IMG/VR virus record: IMGVR_UViG_3300045988_030421 | Coordinates: 1-39,394 of that record | Reading direction: 5' to 3' (one strand) | Length of the DNA stretch: 39,394 bases | From: a virus | Shown: one piece after another, positions 1-6,623 of the stretch | How the letters are laid out: each line of letters opens with the position of its first letter | Numbering within the stretch: the first letter of the stretch is position 1 | Notes under the pieces: model-generated | What the model was told of the DNA's origin: nothing | The model's input: only the letters and a program-made list of their open reading frames with translations | Database searches by the model: none | Program-made: the position numbers and the translations under genes

Positions 1-141
1 CGATAAGTATTTCGGCAAGGGCAGCATGGCTATCGTCTCCGGTCGCTTGCAGCTCAGAGAATGGACTGACAAGGACGGAAACAAGCGCAGGACGGCGGAA
101 GTTGTTGCCGAGAGTGTTTACTTCGGTGAGAGCAAAAAAGC
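1..141. repeat. Terminal overlap, copy 1 (identical to 39254..39394)
   Basis: Compared by eye with 39254..39394 and no mismatch noticed. It lies inside the SSB coding sequence. Confidence 0.9.
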
Positions 142-232
142 CAGCAGCGAGGCTCCTGTGGCTTCTCAGAGGCATACCACGAGCAAGCAGAGCTTCGAAG
201 AGTTTCAGGACGACGGCGACCTGCCGTTTTAA
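1..232 (+). CDS. ssb: Single-stranded DNA-binding protein, C-terminal part (continues 39075..39394 across the circular junction; codon phase starts at nt 2)
   Basis: Frame of ORF 26..232 is in phase with ATG 39075 after subtracting 39,253. It ends with the acidic SSB tail ...EEFQDDGDLPF. Confidence 0.9.
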   Translation, partial: DKYFGKGSMAIVSGRLQLREWTDKDGNKRRTAEVVAESVYFGESKKASSEAPVASQRHTTSKQSFEEFQDDGDLPF

Positions 233-243
233 GGGGTGATATT

Positions 244-399
244 ATGTTGTGGATCATTGTAGCGTTTTTCGTTGGATTGTTTTCCGGGTTCGTTTTGTGC
301 GTGCTCGGCGAATTGCAGATTGAAAAGAAAACAGCCGAAAGCGGGATCATCAAACTCGATGGAAAGCTGTATACGTTGGAAGAGGTTTTCGACAAATAG
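244..399 (+). CDS. Small single-pass membrane protein (51 aa), hypothetical
   Basis: ATG 244 lies 8 nt after AAGGGGTG. Product is MLWIIVAFFVGLFSGFVLCVLGELQIEKK..., a hydrophobic helix followed by a charged tail. It is below the 60-aa cutoff of the ORF track. Last gene before the terminator and attP region. Confidence 0.5.
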   Translation: MLWIIVAFFVGLFSGFVLCVLGELQIEKKTAESGIIKLDGKLYTLEEVFDK

Positions 400-633
400 T
401 CCTTCCGCGACTGTGCAGGATTTGCTCGGCAAACTACGCGCAATATGCAAAAGCGGCTTGAAACCGCGCCAGACAAGGCAAGTCTATAATGGTGCGGTTT
501 TATAGCCGACAAGATCACAAAAGCCCTCAAGCGTTGATATAACAACGTTTAAGGGCTTTTCGTTTTGGGCGAAAACCGTGTAAAAACGGCTCGGATTTTA
601 GAGACAATATGCAAGCAATGCGCACGCAATACG
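400..633. other. Non-coding region next to int; probable attP-containing region
   Basis: 234 nt without a credible ORF, directly downstream of the integrase 3' end. A 10-bp direct repeat CAATATGCAA occurs at 441-450 and 605-614, and GCAAT repeats occur at 612-630. The core cannot be defined without host sequence. Confidence 0.35.
519..566. terminator. Rho-independent terminator, probably bidirectional
   Basis: Stem AAAAGCCCTCAAGCGTTG (519-536) pairs with CAACGTTTAAGGGCTTTT (543-560), with one wobble and one mismatch, followed by TTTTCGTTTT. The complement also ends in a T-rich run. It sits between convergent transcription units (SSB operon + / int -). Confidence 0.7.
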
Positions 634-1656
634 CTATTTTAACGCATTCACAACGGCGTGAAGTTCCTCCGGCTCGAAGTGGGTATATACGGCATCGGTA
701 ACGTCGTCGCCTTTATGCCCGATGATTTTTTGCAGAGCGATTTTATTCACGTTCAGGCGTTGCAGCTCGGACACGAAAAAGTGCCGCGTGCTATGTATAG
801 TCAGCTCGTCTCGGAGATCATGCAGAGCCTTGAATTTCTTCCAGCGTTTCGCGTGGAATGAATCATAACGAATTGGCTTGTCGCCGCGAGAGTTCACAAG
901 CAGCCATTTCGTGCTGTTTTGATAATGCTTTTCGATGATGTGCTTTATTCGTGGGTGGATGGGTATATAACGATCCTCCCCCGCCTCGGTTTTTGATCCC
1001 GTAATGATATAGTTATCCTGCATATTGATTTGCGATTTTTGCAGCAGCAGCAGCTCCATGATCCGCATACCGGAATAGCAAAGGATCAGTAATATCTCAG
1101 CAGTCAAAAGCCCGTCAAGCTCCCACAGCTCATCGACTTCTGCCCGTGTGAATGGTACACGGTCAGATTTGCGGTTCTTTGACGGCACTGTAAGCGTGTC
1201 GGCGTAGCTCTTGTGTACAATATCATTCTCCATCGCGTAAGCCGTCAGCTTGCGAAAAAATGACGCTACGTTTGATTTTGCCGTAGGTGTTTCCAGCCCG
1301 TTTATAACGCCTTGAAAATGGGCTTTTCGCAGTTCCTTGAATACGGAATTATGCAGGGCGGCGACATGGTTAAAGCACGTTTTATTGTGTTTTTCCATTG
1401 CAGGCTTGAACGTGTTTTCTTTGCAATAGCGTTCGTACACCTCGGCAAGGGTTATCCTGCTTGCGTCAAGATCATACGGCGTGCGGTTATGTTCAGCGAG
1501 TGCAATCATAGCCTCTGATTTTGTGGCATGGTAGGAAATATATTTATATTTTTGTTTTCCGTCGTCAGACCAGCCTGCCGTTATACGGACGGCAAAAGGT
1601 CGGCGGCGTTTTCCACTCATACGGATTACGCTTCCGTAGCCATTAGCGTGTCTCAT
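634..1656 (-). CDS. int: Tyrosine site-specific recombinase (phage integrase)
   Basis: 340 aa. Catalytic signature is visible: ...YSGMRIMEL..., ...HSTRHFF..., ...IGHKG...VYTHF (R..HxxR..H..Y). RBS GGAGGTG lies upstream of ATG at 1656. Confidence 0.9.
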   Translation of the reverse strand: MRHANGYGSVIRMSGKRRRPFAVRITAGWSDDGKQKYKYISYHATKSEAMIALAEHNRTPYDLDASRITLAEVYERYCKENTFKPAMEKHNKTCFNHVAALHNSVFKELRKAHFQGVINGLETPTAKSNVASFFRKLTAYAMENDIVHKSYADTLTVPSKNRKSDRVPFTRAEVDELWELDGLLTAEILLILCYSGMRIMELLLLQKSQINMQDNYIITGSKTEAGEDRYIPIHPRIKHIIEKHYQNSTKWLLVNSRGDKPIRYDSFHAKRWKKFKALHDLRDELTIHSTRHFFVSELQRLNVNKIALQKIIGHKGDDVTDAVYTHFEPEELHAVVNALK

Positions 1657-1781
1657 TTATTTCACCTCCACTTCTCCAATTCTTCACAATAGTATCAAAA
1701 ATATAACAAACTGCCAACAACGCACTAATGCGAAAATGTTACAAATGTTTATATAATTGATACATAATCAACATTACAACG
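1657..1781. promoter_or_regulatory. Divergent int / HTH-xis regulatory region
   Basis: AT-rich 125 nt between divergent genes with TTACAA and TATAAT-like hexamers (1739-1770). It carries one copy of ATTGATAC (1756-1763), the motif repeated upstream of the RHH gene. Confidence 0.4.
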
Positions 1782-2021
1782 GTGGAGGTATTCAAAAAAA
1801 TGACGGATGCGCATTTGCTTAGATATATAATCCGAAAAAATGGGGAAACGGTAGACGACCTCGCGGCGGCGATGGAAATGAGCCGTGCTACCTTGTCGGC
1901 AAAAATGAATAATAAGCGAGAGTTCAAAACGAGCGAGGTAATTTTCATAGTACGCCGTTACAAGCTGTCGCTTGAAATGTGCGCAGCGATTTTTGCGGTA
2001 GGTGAGTTATTATGCGTCTGA
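1782..2021 (+). CDS. Small XRE/Cro-like helix-turn-helix regulator
   Basis: HTH-like segment ETVDDLAAAMEMSRATLSAKMNNKREF. The track start is GTG 1782. ATG 1800 (MTDAHLL...) after GGTGGAGG is the more likely start. Confidence 0.6.
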   Translation: MEVFKKMTDAHLLRYIIRKNGETVDDLAAAMEMSRATLSAKMNNKREFKTSEVIFIVRRYKLSLEMCAAIFAVGELLCV

Positions 2022-2308
2022 CAGTAGCAGAGGCAGCGTCGATAATGGGTGTTAGTAAATCATACATACGAATAGGGCTGCAAAGGGGCTTGTTGCCCTT
2101 TGGCACGGCTGTTAAAATGTCAGGCAGATATACATATTACATCAGCGCAAACCGGTTCTATGAGTACGTAGGGCTGAAATACACTGAATATTCTGAAATC
2201 GAAAGGATAGAAGAAAATGAACAGCTTTGTTATTCTGGCGAAACTGCCGAGCTTGAACGATTATATTCTCGCCTGCCGAGCCAACAGATACAAGGGCGCA
2301 CAATTTAA
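2012..2308 (+). CDS. Excisionase-family (MerR-like HTH) DNA-binding protein
   Basis: N-terminus MRLTVAEAASIMGVSKSYIRIGLQRGLLPF fits the excisionase/HTH_17-type pattern. ATG overlaps the upstream stop. The 3' 92 nt overlap the RusA gene. Confidence 0.55.
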   Translation: MRLTVAEAASIMGVSKSYIRIGLQRGLLPFGTAVKMSGRYTYYISANRFYEYVGLKYTEYSEIERIEENEQLCYSGETAELERLYSRLPSQQIQGRTI

Positions 2309-2591
2309 GCACGACGTCGAAGAGCTTATCGGCTGGAATATCAGACAGGCCCTTGCAAAAAAGACGTTGCAGCCGACGAGCGATCCGTTGACGGTAAATT
2401 TCGTCTGGCACGAGAAAACGAAGCGCCGGGATGCAGATAATATCGCCAGCGCAAAAAAGTACATACTGGATGCGATGCAGCGGCAAGGCGTTATTCCGAA
2501 CGACAACCGAAAATACATAAGAGGCTTTACGGATATTATCATTGACGACACCGATGATTACGTCGAGGTCGAGCTTGTACCAATAGAATAA
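2217..2591 (+). CDS. rusA: RusA-family Holliday junction resolvase
   Basis: 124 aa. Shows ...LPSLNDY...HEKTKRRDADNIASAKKYILDAMQRQGVIPNDN..., the RusA acidic catalytic motif region. Confidence 0.8.
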   Translation: MNSFVILAKLPSLNDYILACRANRYKGAQFKHDVEELIGWNIRQALAKKTLQPTSDPLTVNFVWHEKTKRRDADNIASAKKYILDAMQRQGVIPNDNRKYIRGFTDIIIDDTDDYVEVELVPIE

Positions 2592-2620
2592 GGACGGCTT
2601 ATTGACCGTCCTTTTCTTTT
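2591..2620. terminator. Rho-independent terminator shared by convergent rusA (+) and RHH (-) genes
   Basis: AGGACGG (2591-2597) pairs with CCGTCCT (2606-2612) around an 8-nt loop, followed by TTTTCTTTT. The right arm encodes the C-terminus of the minus-strand RHH gene. Confidence 0.7.
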
Positions 2621-2748
2621 ACATGTTTTTCGAGCAGCACTTTCACGTATTGATTGAAAGAACGGCTATCTTCCTTTGCAAGTTCCTCGATGCGCTGCTT
2701 GAGATCAGCAGGAATACGCAGCGGGATATAAACGGTATCGTTTGACAT
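2599..2748 (-). CDS. Ribbon-helix-helix (Arc/CopG-like) DNA-binding protein, candidate repressor
   Basis: 49 aa, MSNDTVYIPLRIPADLKQRIEELAKEDSRSFNQYVKVLLEKHVKEKDGQ. It shows the beta-strand/helix/helix pattern of RHH proteins. ATG at 2748 is preceded by GGAGGTG. The longer 168-aa track ORF runs through the promoter region and was not accepted. Confidence 0.65.
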   Translation of the reverse strand: MSNDTVYIPLRIPADLKQRIEELAKEDSRSFNQYVKVLLEKHVKEKDGQ

Positions 2749-2782
2749 GGTTTTCACCTCCTTACGATATTGTACTACATAT

Positions 2783-2799
2783 TGATACCGAAATGATAC
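2783..2799. promoter_or_regulatory. Direct repeats TGATAC(N5)TGATAC, candidate RHH operator
   Basis: TGATAC occurs at 2783-2788 and 2794-2799 (11-bp register), 35-50 nt upstream of the RHH start. Related copies are at 2839-2844 (TGATAA, inside the -10 region of the early promoter), 2861-2866 and 1758-1763. Confidence 0.35.
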
Positions 2800-2819
2800 T
2801 AAAATTTTCAAAAAAGTTA

Positions 2820-2847
2820 TTGACAGCCTCCCTCCCCGTGATAATAT
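2820..2847 (+). promoter_or_regulatory. SigmaA-like early promoter
   Basis: TTGACA (2820-2825), 16-nt spacer, TG-n-TAATAT (2839-2847). It lies about 50 nt upstream of the first early gene (ATG 2896). Confidence 0.55.
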
Positions 2848-2895
2848 AAAGGCATCAAGCTGATACCACAACACGCATGAAAGGGAGATACAAAA

Positions 2896-3213
2896 ATGAC
2901 TAATATGCAGATTATTGTTAATTCGGCTGTCGAGCATGGGCTTTACAGTGAGGCTGAGGTCGAAGAGCTGTTCGTTGCAATGGGGTGCTTGCCTCTGTTC
3001 ACGTTTGCAGAGTGGAAAAAGAGAGGCTACTCCGTCAAAAAAGGCGAAAAGGCGAAAATGATGTGCTACATCTGGAAGATGAAAAGAGAAAAGACGACCG
3101 TTCATCAGAAGAGCGGCGACGATGTGGAAGTCGATGAGAAAAACTTCTACAAGGTCAAGGCGTATTTCTTCATGCCGGATCAGGTCGAGAAGATTGAGAA
3201 GAAAGCAGCATAA
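2896..3213 (+). CDS. Small protein with an ArdC-N (DUF1738)-like ssDNA-binding motif; possible anti-restriction function
   Basis: 105 aa. FTFAEWKKRGYSVKKGEKAKM resembles the W-x-T-F-x-Q-x-x-x-x-G-x-V-x-K-G-E-K core of ArdC N-domains. First gene of the early operon. Confidence 0.4.
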   Translation: MTNMQIIVNSAVEHGLYSEAEVEELFVAMGCLPLFTFAEWKKRGYSVKKGEKAKMMCYIWKMKREKTTVHQKSGDDVEVDEKNFYKVKAYFFMPDQVEKIEKKAA

Positions 3214-3218
3214 AACAA

Positions 3219-3250
3219 AAAAGCCGAGGGGCGGCGGCTTAACCGCCCCA
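3219..3250 (+). promoter_or_regulatory. Conserved intergenic hairpin element, copy 1 (copy 2 at 31587..31617)
   Basis: AAAAGCCGAGGGGCGGCGGCTTAACCGCCCCA. It can form two mutually exclusive stems: AGCCG/CGGCT, or GGGGCGG/CCGCCCC. It starts 6 nt after a stop codon. Confidence 0.5.
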
Positions 3251-3276
3251 CAACAAACAACAAAGGGGATATAAAC

Positions 3277-3930
3277 ATGATGTACACAAAAGCAGATGCA
3301 GAAAAGGCAGCAAAAACATTATTCTTCGAGGGGGCTGGATGTGTAGAGCGCGGCGACGTTGAAAATTGCAGGATCAGAACAGCGTTTCGCAATGATGATG
3401 GCAAGGCGTTTTATCTTGAGCTGACCGGATTCGAGGTTACGAAAAATTCTCCGGCATATATGCGAGAGTATGCCGTCGCCGGGTTCGTCGATTATTGTTA
3501 TGAGCTGCCGGGAAATGGTTTCAAAAACGAGAATGTTTGCCGGGGCATTGAGCATCGATGTTTCGAGTATAGCAAAGATGGAATTCTTGAGTTCGTAAAC
3601 CGCGAGTGCGGATGCAGCTTCGACCGGATCATTATTACTGATATGTTCGACGGTTATGCGGTTCACAAGCTGAACGGCGGTGTTAATTTCATGGAGGACT
3701 TCGAGTACAATCCGAAAAAGGCGATGGCTGCAAGAATGGCGTTTGACGAGATCGACTTGGAGATCAAGAGGCGCCTCGGTGCGCGGTATTCGCAGATTTC
3801 GCTTGTGAAAGTCGGGGCTGATTTCATTCAGGTTCGTTGTTATGCCAGCGACGAGAAAATGCGAGCGGCTTACCTCGATCCGAATGAAAGATATTTCACG
3901 GTCAAGATCGGAGGGCGTGAAAATGCTTAA
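3277..3930 (+). CDS. Hypothetical early protein (217 aa)
   Basis: Long ORF with RBS AAAGGGGA upstream. No family recognised. Confidence 0.7.
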   Translation: MMYTKADAEKAAKTLFFEGAGCVERGDVENCRIRTAFRNDDGKAFYLELTGFEVTKNSPAYMREYAVAGFVDYCYELPGNGFKNENVCRGIEHRCFEYSKDGILEFVNRECGCSFDRIIITDMFDGYAVHKLNGGVNFMEDFEYNPKKAMAARMAFDEIDLEIKRRLGARYSQISLVKVGADFIQVRCYASDEKMRAAYLDPNERYFTVKIGGRENA

Positions 3931-4144
3931 AATCAAGCTGTTAGACGAGGATTTGATCTACATTGCAAATTACAATAGCTATTCCGGCGAGACCGGGAAC
4001 GTGATGCAGCAGGCCTATATCATCTGCGCCGAGAACATTATCCGATGGGGCATGCCGGAAGAAAGAAAGCAGGAGCTGCTCGATGAGCTTTATAGCAAGT
4101 GGACAGTCGAGCTTGCGAACGAGGTTATGGGGGTGCGAGTATGA
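3923..4144 (+). CDS. Hypothetical early protein (73 aa)
   Basis: ATG 3923 follows GGAGGGCGTG and overlaps the upstream stop (ATGCTTAA). This is an internal start of track ORF 3842..4144. Confidence 0.6.
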   Translation: MLKIKLLDEDLIYIANYNSYSGETGNVMQQAYIICAENIIRWGMPEERKQELLDELYSKWTVELANEVMGVRV

Positions 4145-4461
4145 AATATATTTACGAGTTTCACGGCGGCAGGTTGAGCGGCAAAAGGCTCAACCGCCAT
4201 GCGGTGGAGGAAATTGCAGCAGGGCATACGCCTGACAACAGCTTGAAGCGATCACAGGGCGTCTTGTGTGGTCGTGTTGAGTTAGACAAGCAGCCGAAAG
4301 TCGATGGTTATTTTGGCCCGATGTACGACGGCATCCGCCACGTCCTGAAAAATGGCAAAGAGAAGTACGATTTTGAACGATTTGACAGAGCGCAGGTCGT
4401 GAGATCATTCACCGTGCTTCGGTATGAGACGCAGGAAGTTTATAACGCTATGTGTAATTGA
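4141..4461 (+). CDS. Hypothetical early protein (106 aa)
   Basis: ATG 4141 overlaps the upstream stop (ATGA), which suggests translational coupling. Confidence 0.6.
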   Translation: MKYIYEFHGGRLSGKRLNRHAVEEIAAGHTPDNSLKRSQGVLCGRVELDKQPKVDGYFGPMYDGIRHVLKNGKEKYDFERFDRAQVVRSFTVLRYETQEVYNAMCN

Positions 4462-4473
4462 TGGGGGTTAAAC

Positions 4474-4710
4474 ATGATTTTTTCGATTCTTGTTATTGTT
4501 GGGCTTATCATTTGCGTCGGGGCATTGGCTGGCAAGCGAAATTACAAGAAAATCAGCAAGCGGAACGGCGAAATTACGTTGGTAAAGATCAAGAGCATTA
4601 CCGGCAAGAAGTTCACGTTCGAGGTACATTACGGCGACGTAGTTAAATATGAAATGTGGAAGATTGACACTCCACGATATAACGATTTGATGCAGCTCGT
4701 GAAAGACTGA
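4474..4710 (+). CDS. Membrane-anchored small protein (78 aa)
   Basis: N-terminal hydrophobic helix MIFSILVIVGLIICVGALAG followed by a basic stretch. RBS is GGGGGT. Confidence 0.6.
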   Translation: MIFSILVIVGLIICVGALAGKRNYKKISKRNGEITLVKIKSITGKKFTFEVHYGDVVKYEMWKIDTPRYNDLMQLVKD

Positions 4711-4732
4711 ACATTCTGAAAGAGGGTACAAC

Positions 4733-5629
4733 ATGGCTGAAATAAAATGGATCAAGATAACGACGGATATTTTCGATGATGAAAAAATCCTGCTTATCGA
4801 GAGTATGCCGGAAGCGGACAGCTTGATTGTGATATGGTTCAAGTTGCTTTCGTTCGCTGGGAAGAGCAATAACAATGGGGTTTTCATGCTTTCGTCGAAA
4901 ATCCCGTATACAGATGAGATGCTTTCGACAATATTCCGCAGACCGCTCAACACTGTCAGGCTGGCTCTAAAGACGTTCGAGCAGTTTGGCATGATTGAAT
5001 ATATCGACGGTGTTATAACGATCCCTAATTGGGAAAAACACCAGAATATCGACGGCATGGAAAAGATCAGGATGCAGAACAGGGAACGAAAGCAGCGGCA
5101 GCGGCTCAAACAAAAAGAGCAATTACTTATCGGTGACGGTCACGTGACAGTCACGGAAAGTCACGCAACAGAAGAAGATAAAGATAAAGAAAAAGAAAAA
5201 GAAAAAGAAGAAGATAAAGAAAAGATAAACTACCAGCGAATTGCTGACATGTATAACGAGATATGTGTTTCATTTCCCCGTTTGAGGTCTTTGTCTGAGG
5301 CAAGAAAAAAGGCACTTCGTGCCCGTGTACATAGTGGCTTCACGATGGATGATTTTCGAGAGCTGTTCACAAGAGCCGAACAGAGTTCATTCCTTAAAGG
5401 CAAAAACGACCGGAATTGGAGCGCAACGTTCGACTGGATGATTAAGGACGCAAACGCAGCAAAAATCCTTGACGGGAATTATACAGATAAAGCACCGAGC
5501 GGCATGGGCAATAATGGGCTGGTCGAGATCAATGGAAAACAGTACATTTGCAAAAACGGGAAGTATTACATACCAAACGGTAGCGGCGTTGCTGTTGATC
5601 CTTATGCGCCTGATGATCTGCCGTTCTGA
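4733..5629 (+). CDS. Phage replisome organizer (N-terminal Phage_rep_org_N-type domain, conserved phage C-terminus)
   Basis: MAEIKWIKITTDIFDDEKILLIESMPEADSLIVIWFKLL... is the typical N-terminus of replisome organizers. C-terminal ...FLKGKNDRNWSATFDWMIKDANAAKILDGNY. The central linker is KE-rich. Confidence 0.8.
   Translation: MAEIKWIKITTDIFDDEKILLIESMPEADSLIVIWFKLLSFAGKSNNNGVFMLSSKIPYTDEMLSTIFRRPLNTVRLALKTFEQFGMIEYIDGVITIPNWEKHQNIDGMEKIRMQNRERKQRQRLKQKEQLLIGDGHVTVTESHATEEDKDKEKEKEKEEDKEKINYQRIADMYNEICVSFPRLRSLSEARKKALRARVHSGFTMDDFRELFTRAEQSSFLKGKNDRNWSATFDWMIKDANAAKILDGNYTDKAPSGMGNNGLVEINGKQYICKNGKYYIPNGSGVAVDPYAPDDLPF
5133..5229. other. Candidate origin of replication inside the organizer gene (iteron cluster + A-rich tract)
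   Basis: Five GTGAC/GTCAC pentamers at 5133, 5139, 5144, 5150 and 5160, including the palindrome GTCACGTGAC. They are followed immediately by about 60 nt of hexamer-periodic GATAAA/GAAAAA repeats (5170-5229). Confidence 0.4.
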
Positions 5630-5642
5630 TGGGGGTAAAGAA

Positions 5643-6485
5643 ATGGACGTTTCAAATGCGATTGACGGAATCATAAACAGAGCTGCGATCAGTATCAAAG
5701 CAAATGAGGGCGATTATTTGGGCGAGGATGGGCTTTTGCGTTGTGGGCAATGTCACACACCGAAGCAGCTCGAAATAAGCGTATTCGGCAATATTCGCCG
5801 TCCTATGTGCCTGTGCAAATGCGAGGCAGAAAAAAGGGAAGCGGAAGAAAAAGAACGAAAGCGGGTTGAGTTCGAGCGGCGTGTCAAAGGTATGCGCCGT
5901 GTAGGTTTTCCGGAAAGCGAAATGCAGTCGTGGACATTCGCAAATGACGACATGCAAAACGAGCGGATCACGAAAGCGATGCTTAATTATGTGGAGCATT
6001 TCCCGGAGCTGAGGAAAGCAGGCAAGGGCTTGCTGCTGCATGGCAGCGTTGGCACCGGAAAGACATATGCAGCTTGCGAGGTTGCCAATGCCCTTGTCGA
6101 TAAAGGTTATCCCGTGTTGGTAACAAACTTTGCAAGGCTCACAAATACGATACAGGGGCTTTTCGATGGGCGGCAGGATTATATCGACAGCCTGTCAAAG
6201 TTCGCTCTTATCGTGATTGATGATCTCGGAGCAGAACGCAAAAGTGAGTTTATGCAGGAACAAGTCTACAACATTATCGACAGCCGTTATAGATCAGGGC
6301 TTCCGATGATTATCACGACGAATCTGAGCATCGCGGAGATCAAAAATCCTACGGACATAGGCAATGCGCGGATTTACGACAGGATTCTCGAAAGATGTTT
6401 TCCGGTTGAGGTCAGCGGCGGCAGCAGGCGCAGAAATGCTGTCCGTGAGAGTTACAACGACATGAAAGATTTACTCGGATTGTAA
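5643..6485 (+). CDS. DnaC/IstB-like AAA+ helicase loader
   Basis: Walker A LLLHGSVGTGKTY, Walker B LIVIDDLGAE, then ...SGLPMIITTN. ATG 5643 after GGGGGT is the chosen start; the track ORF starts upstream at 5469, inside the previous gene. Confidence 0.85.
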   Translation: MDVSNAIDGIINRAAISIKANEGDYLGEDGLLRCGQCHTPKQLEISVFGNIRRPMCLCKCEAEKREAEEKERKRVEFERRVKGMRRVGFPESEMQSWTFANDDMQNERITKAMLNYVEHFPELRKAGKGLLLHGSVGTGKTYAACEVANALVDKGYPVLVTNFARLTNTIQGLFDGRQDYIDSLSKFALIVIDDLGAERKSEFMQEQVYNIIDSRYRSGLPMIITTNLSIAEIKNPTDIGNARIYDRILERCFPVEVSGGSRRRNAVRESYNDMKDLLGL

Positions 6486-6495
6486 GGGGGGGCAA

Positions 6496-6606
6496 ATGGG
6501 CATGAAATATCGAGAATTTATTGCAGCGGTTGAATATTTGGAAGTAAAGAACGGCGTTTATCCGTCATTCGGAATGTTGCTTGATTTTCTTTCACGCATG
6601 AGATAA
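6496..6606 (+). CDS. Small hypothetical ORF (36 aa)
   Basis: ATG 6496 is preceded by AAGGGGGGG and fills the gap between two genes. Below the track cutoff. Confidence 0.3.
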   Translation: MGMKYREFIAAVEYLEVKNGVYPSFGMLLDFLSRMR

Positions 6607-6623
6607 ATTGCGGAGGTATTGCT

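Noticed and set aside
1-141. Terminal repeat considered as a biological direct terminal repeat or LTR
   Set aside because: It lies in the middle of the SSB coding sequence and far from the HNH/terminase-proximal cos-like region. It is best explained as the overlap produced when a circular sequence is linearised.
54-545. 163-aa minus-strand ORF across SSB, the small membrane ORF and the terminator
   Set aside because: It runs antisense through the SSB C-terminus and through a terminator hairpin. It has no RBS and an implausible composition.
2599-3105. Long (168-aa) version of the minus-strand RHH ORF
   Set aside because: The upstream 119 codons run through the divergent promoter and the plus-strand gene at 2896-3213. 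A perfect GGAGGTG-ATG start at 2748 gives a canonical 49-aa RHH protein.
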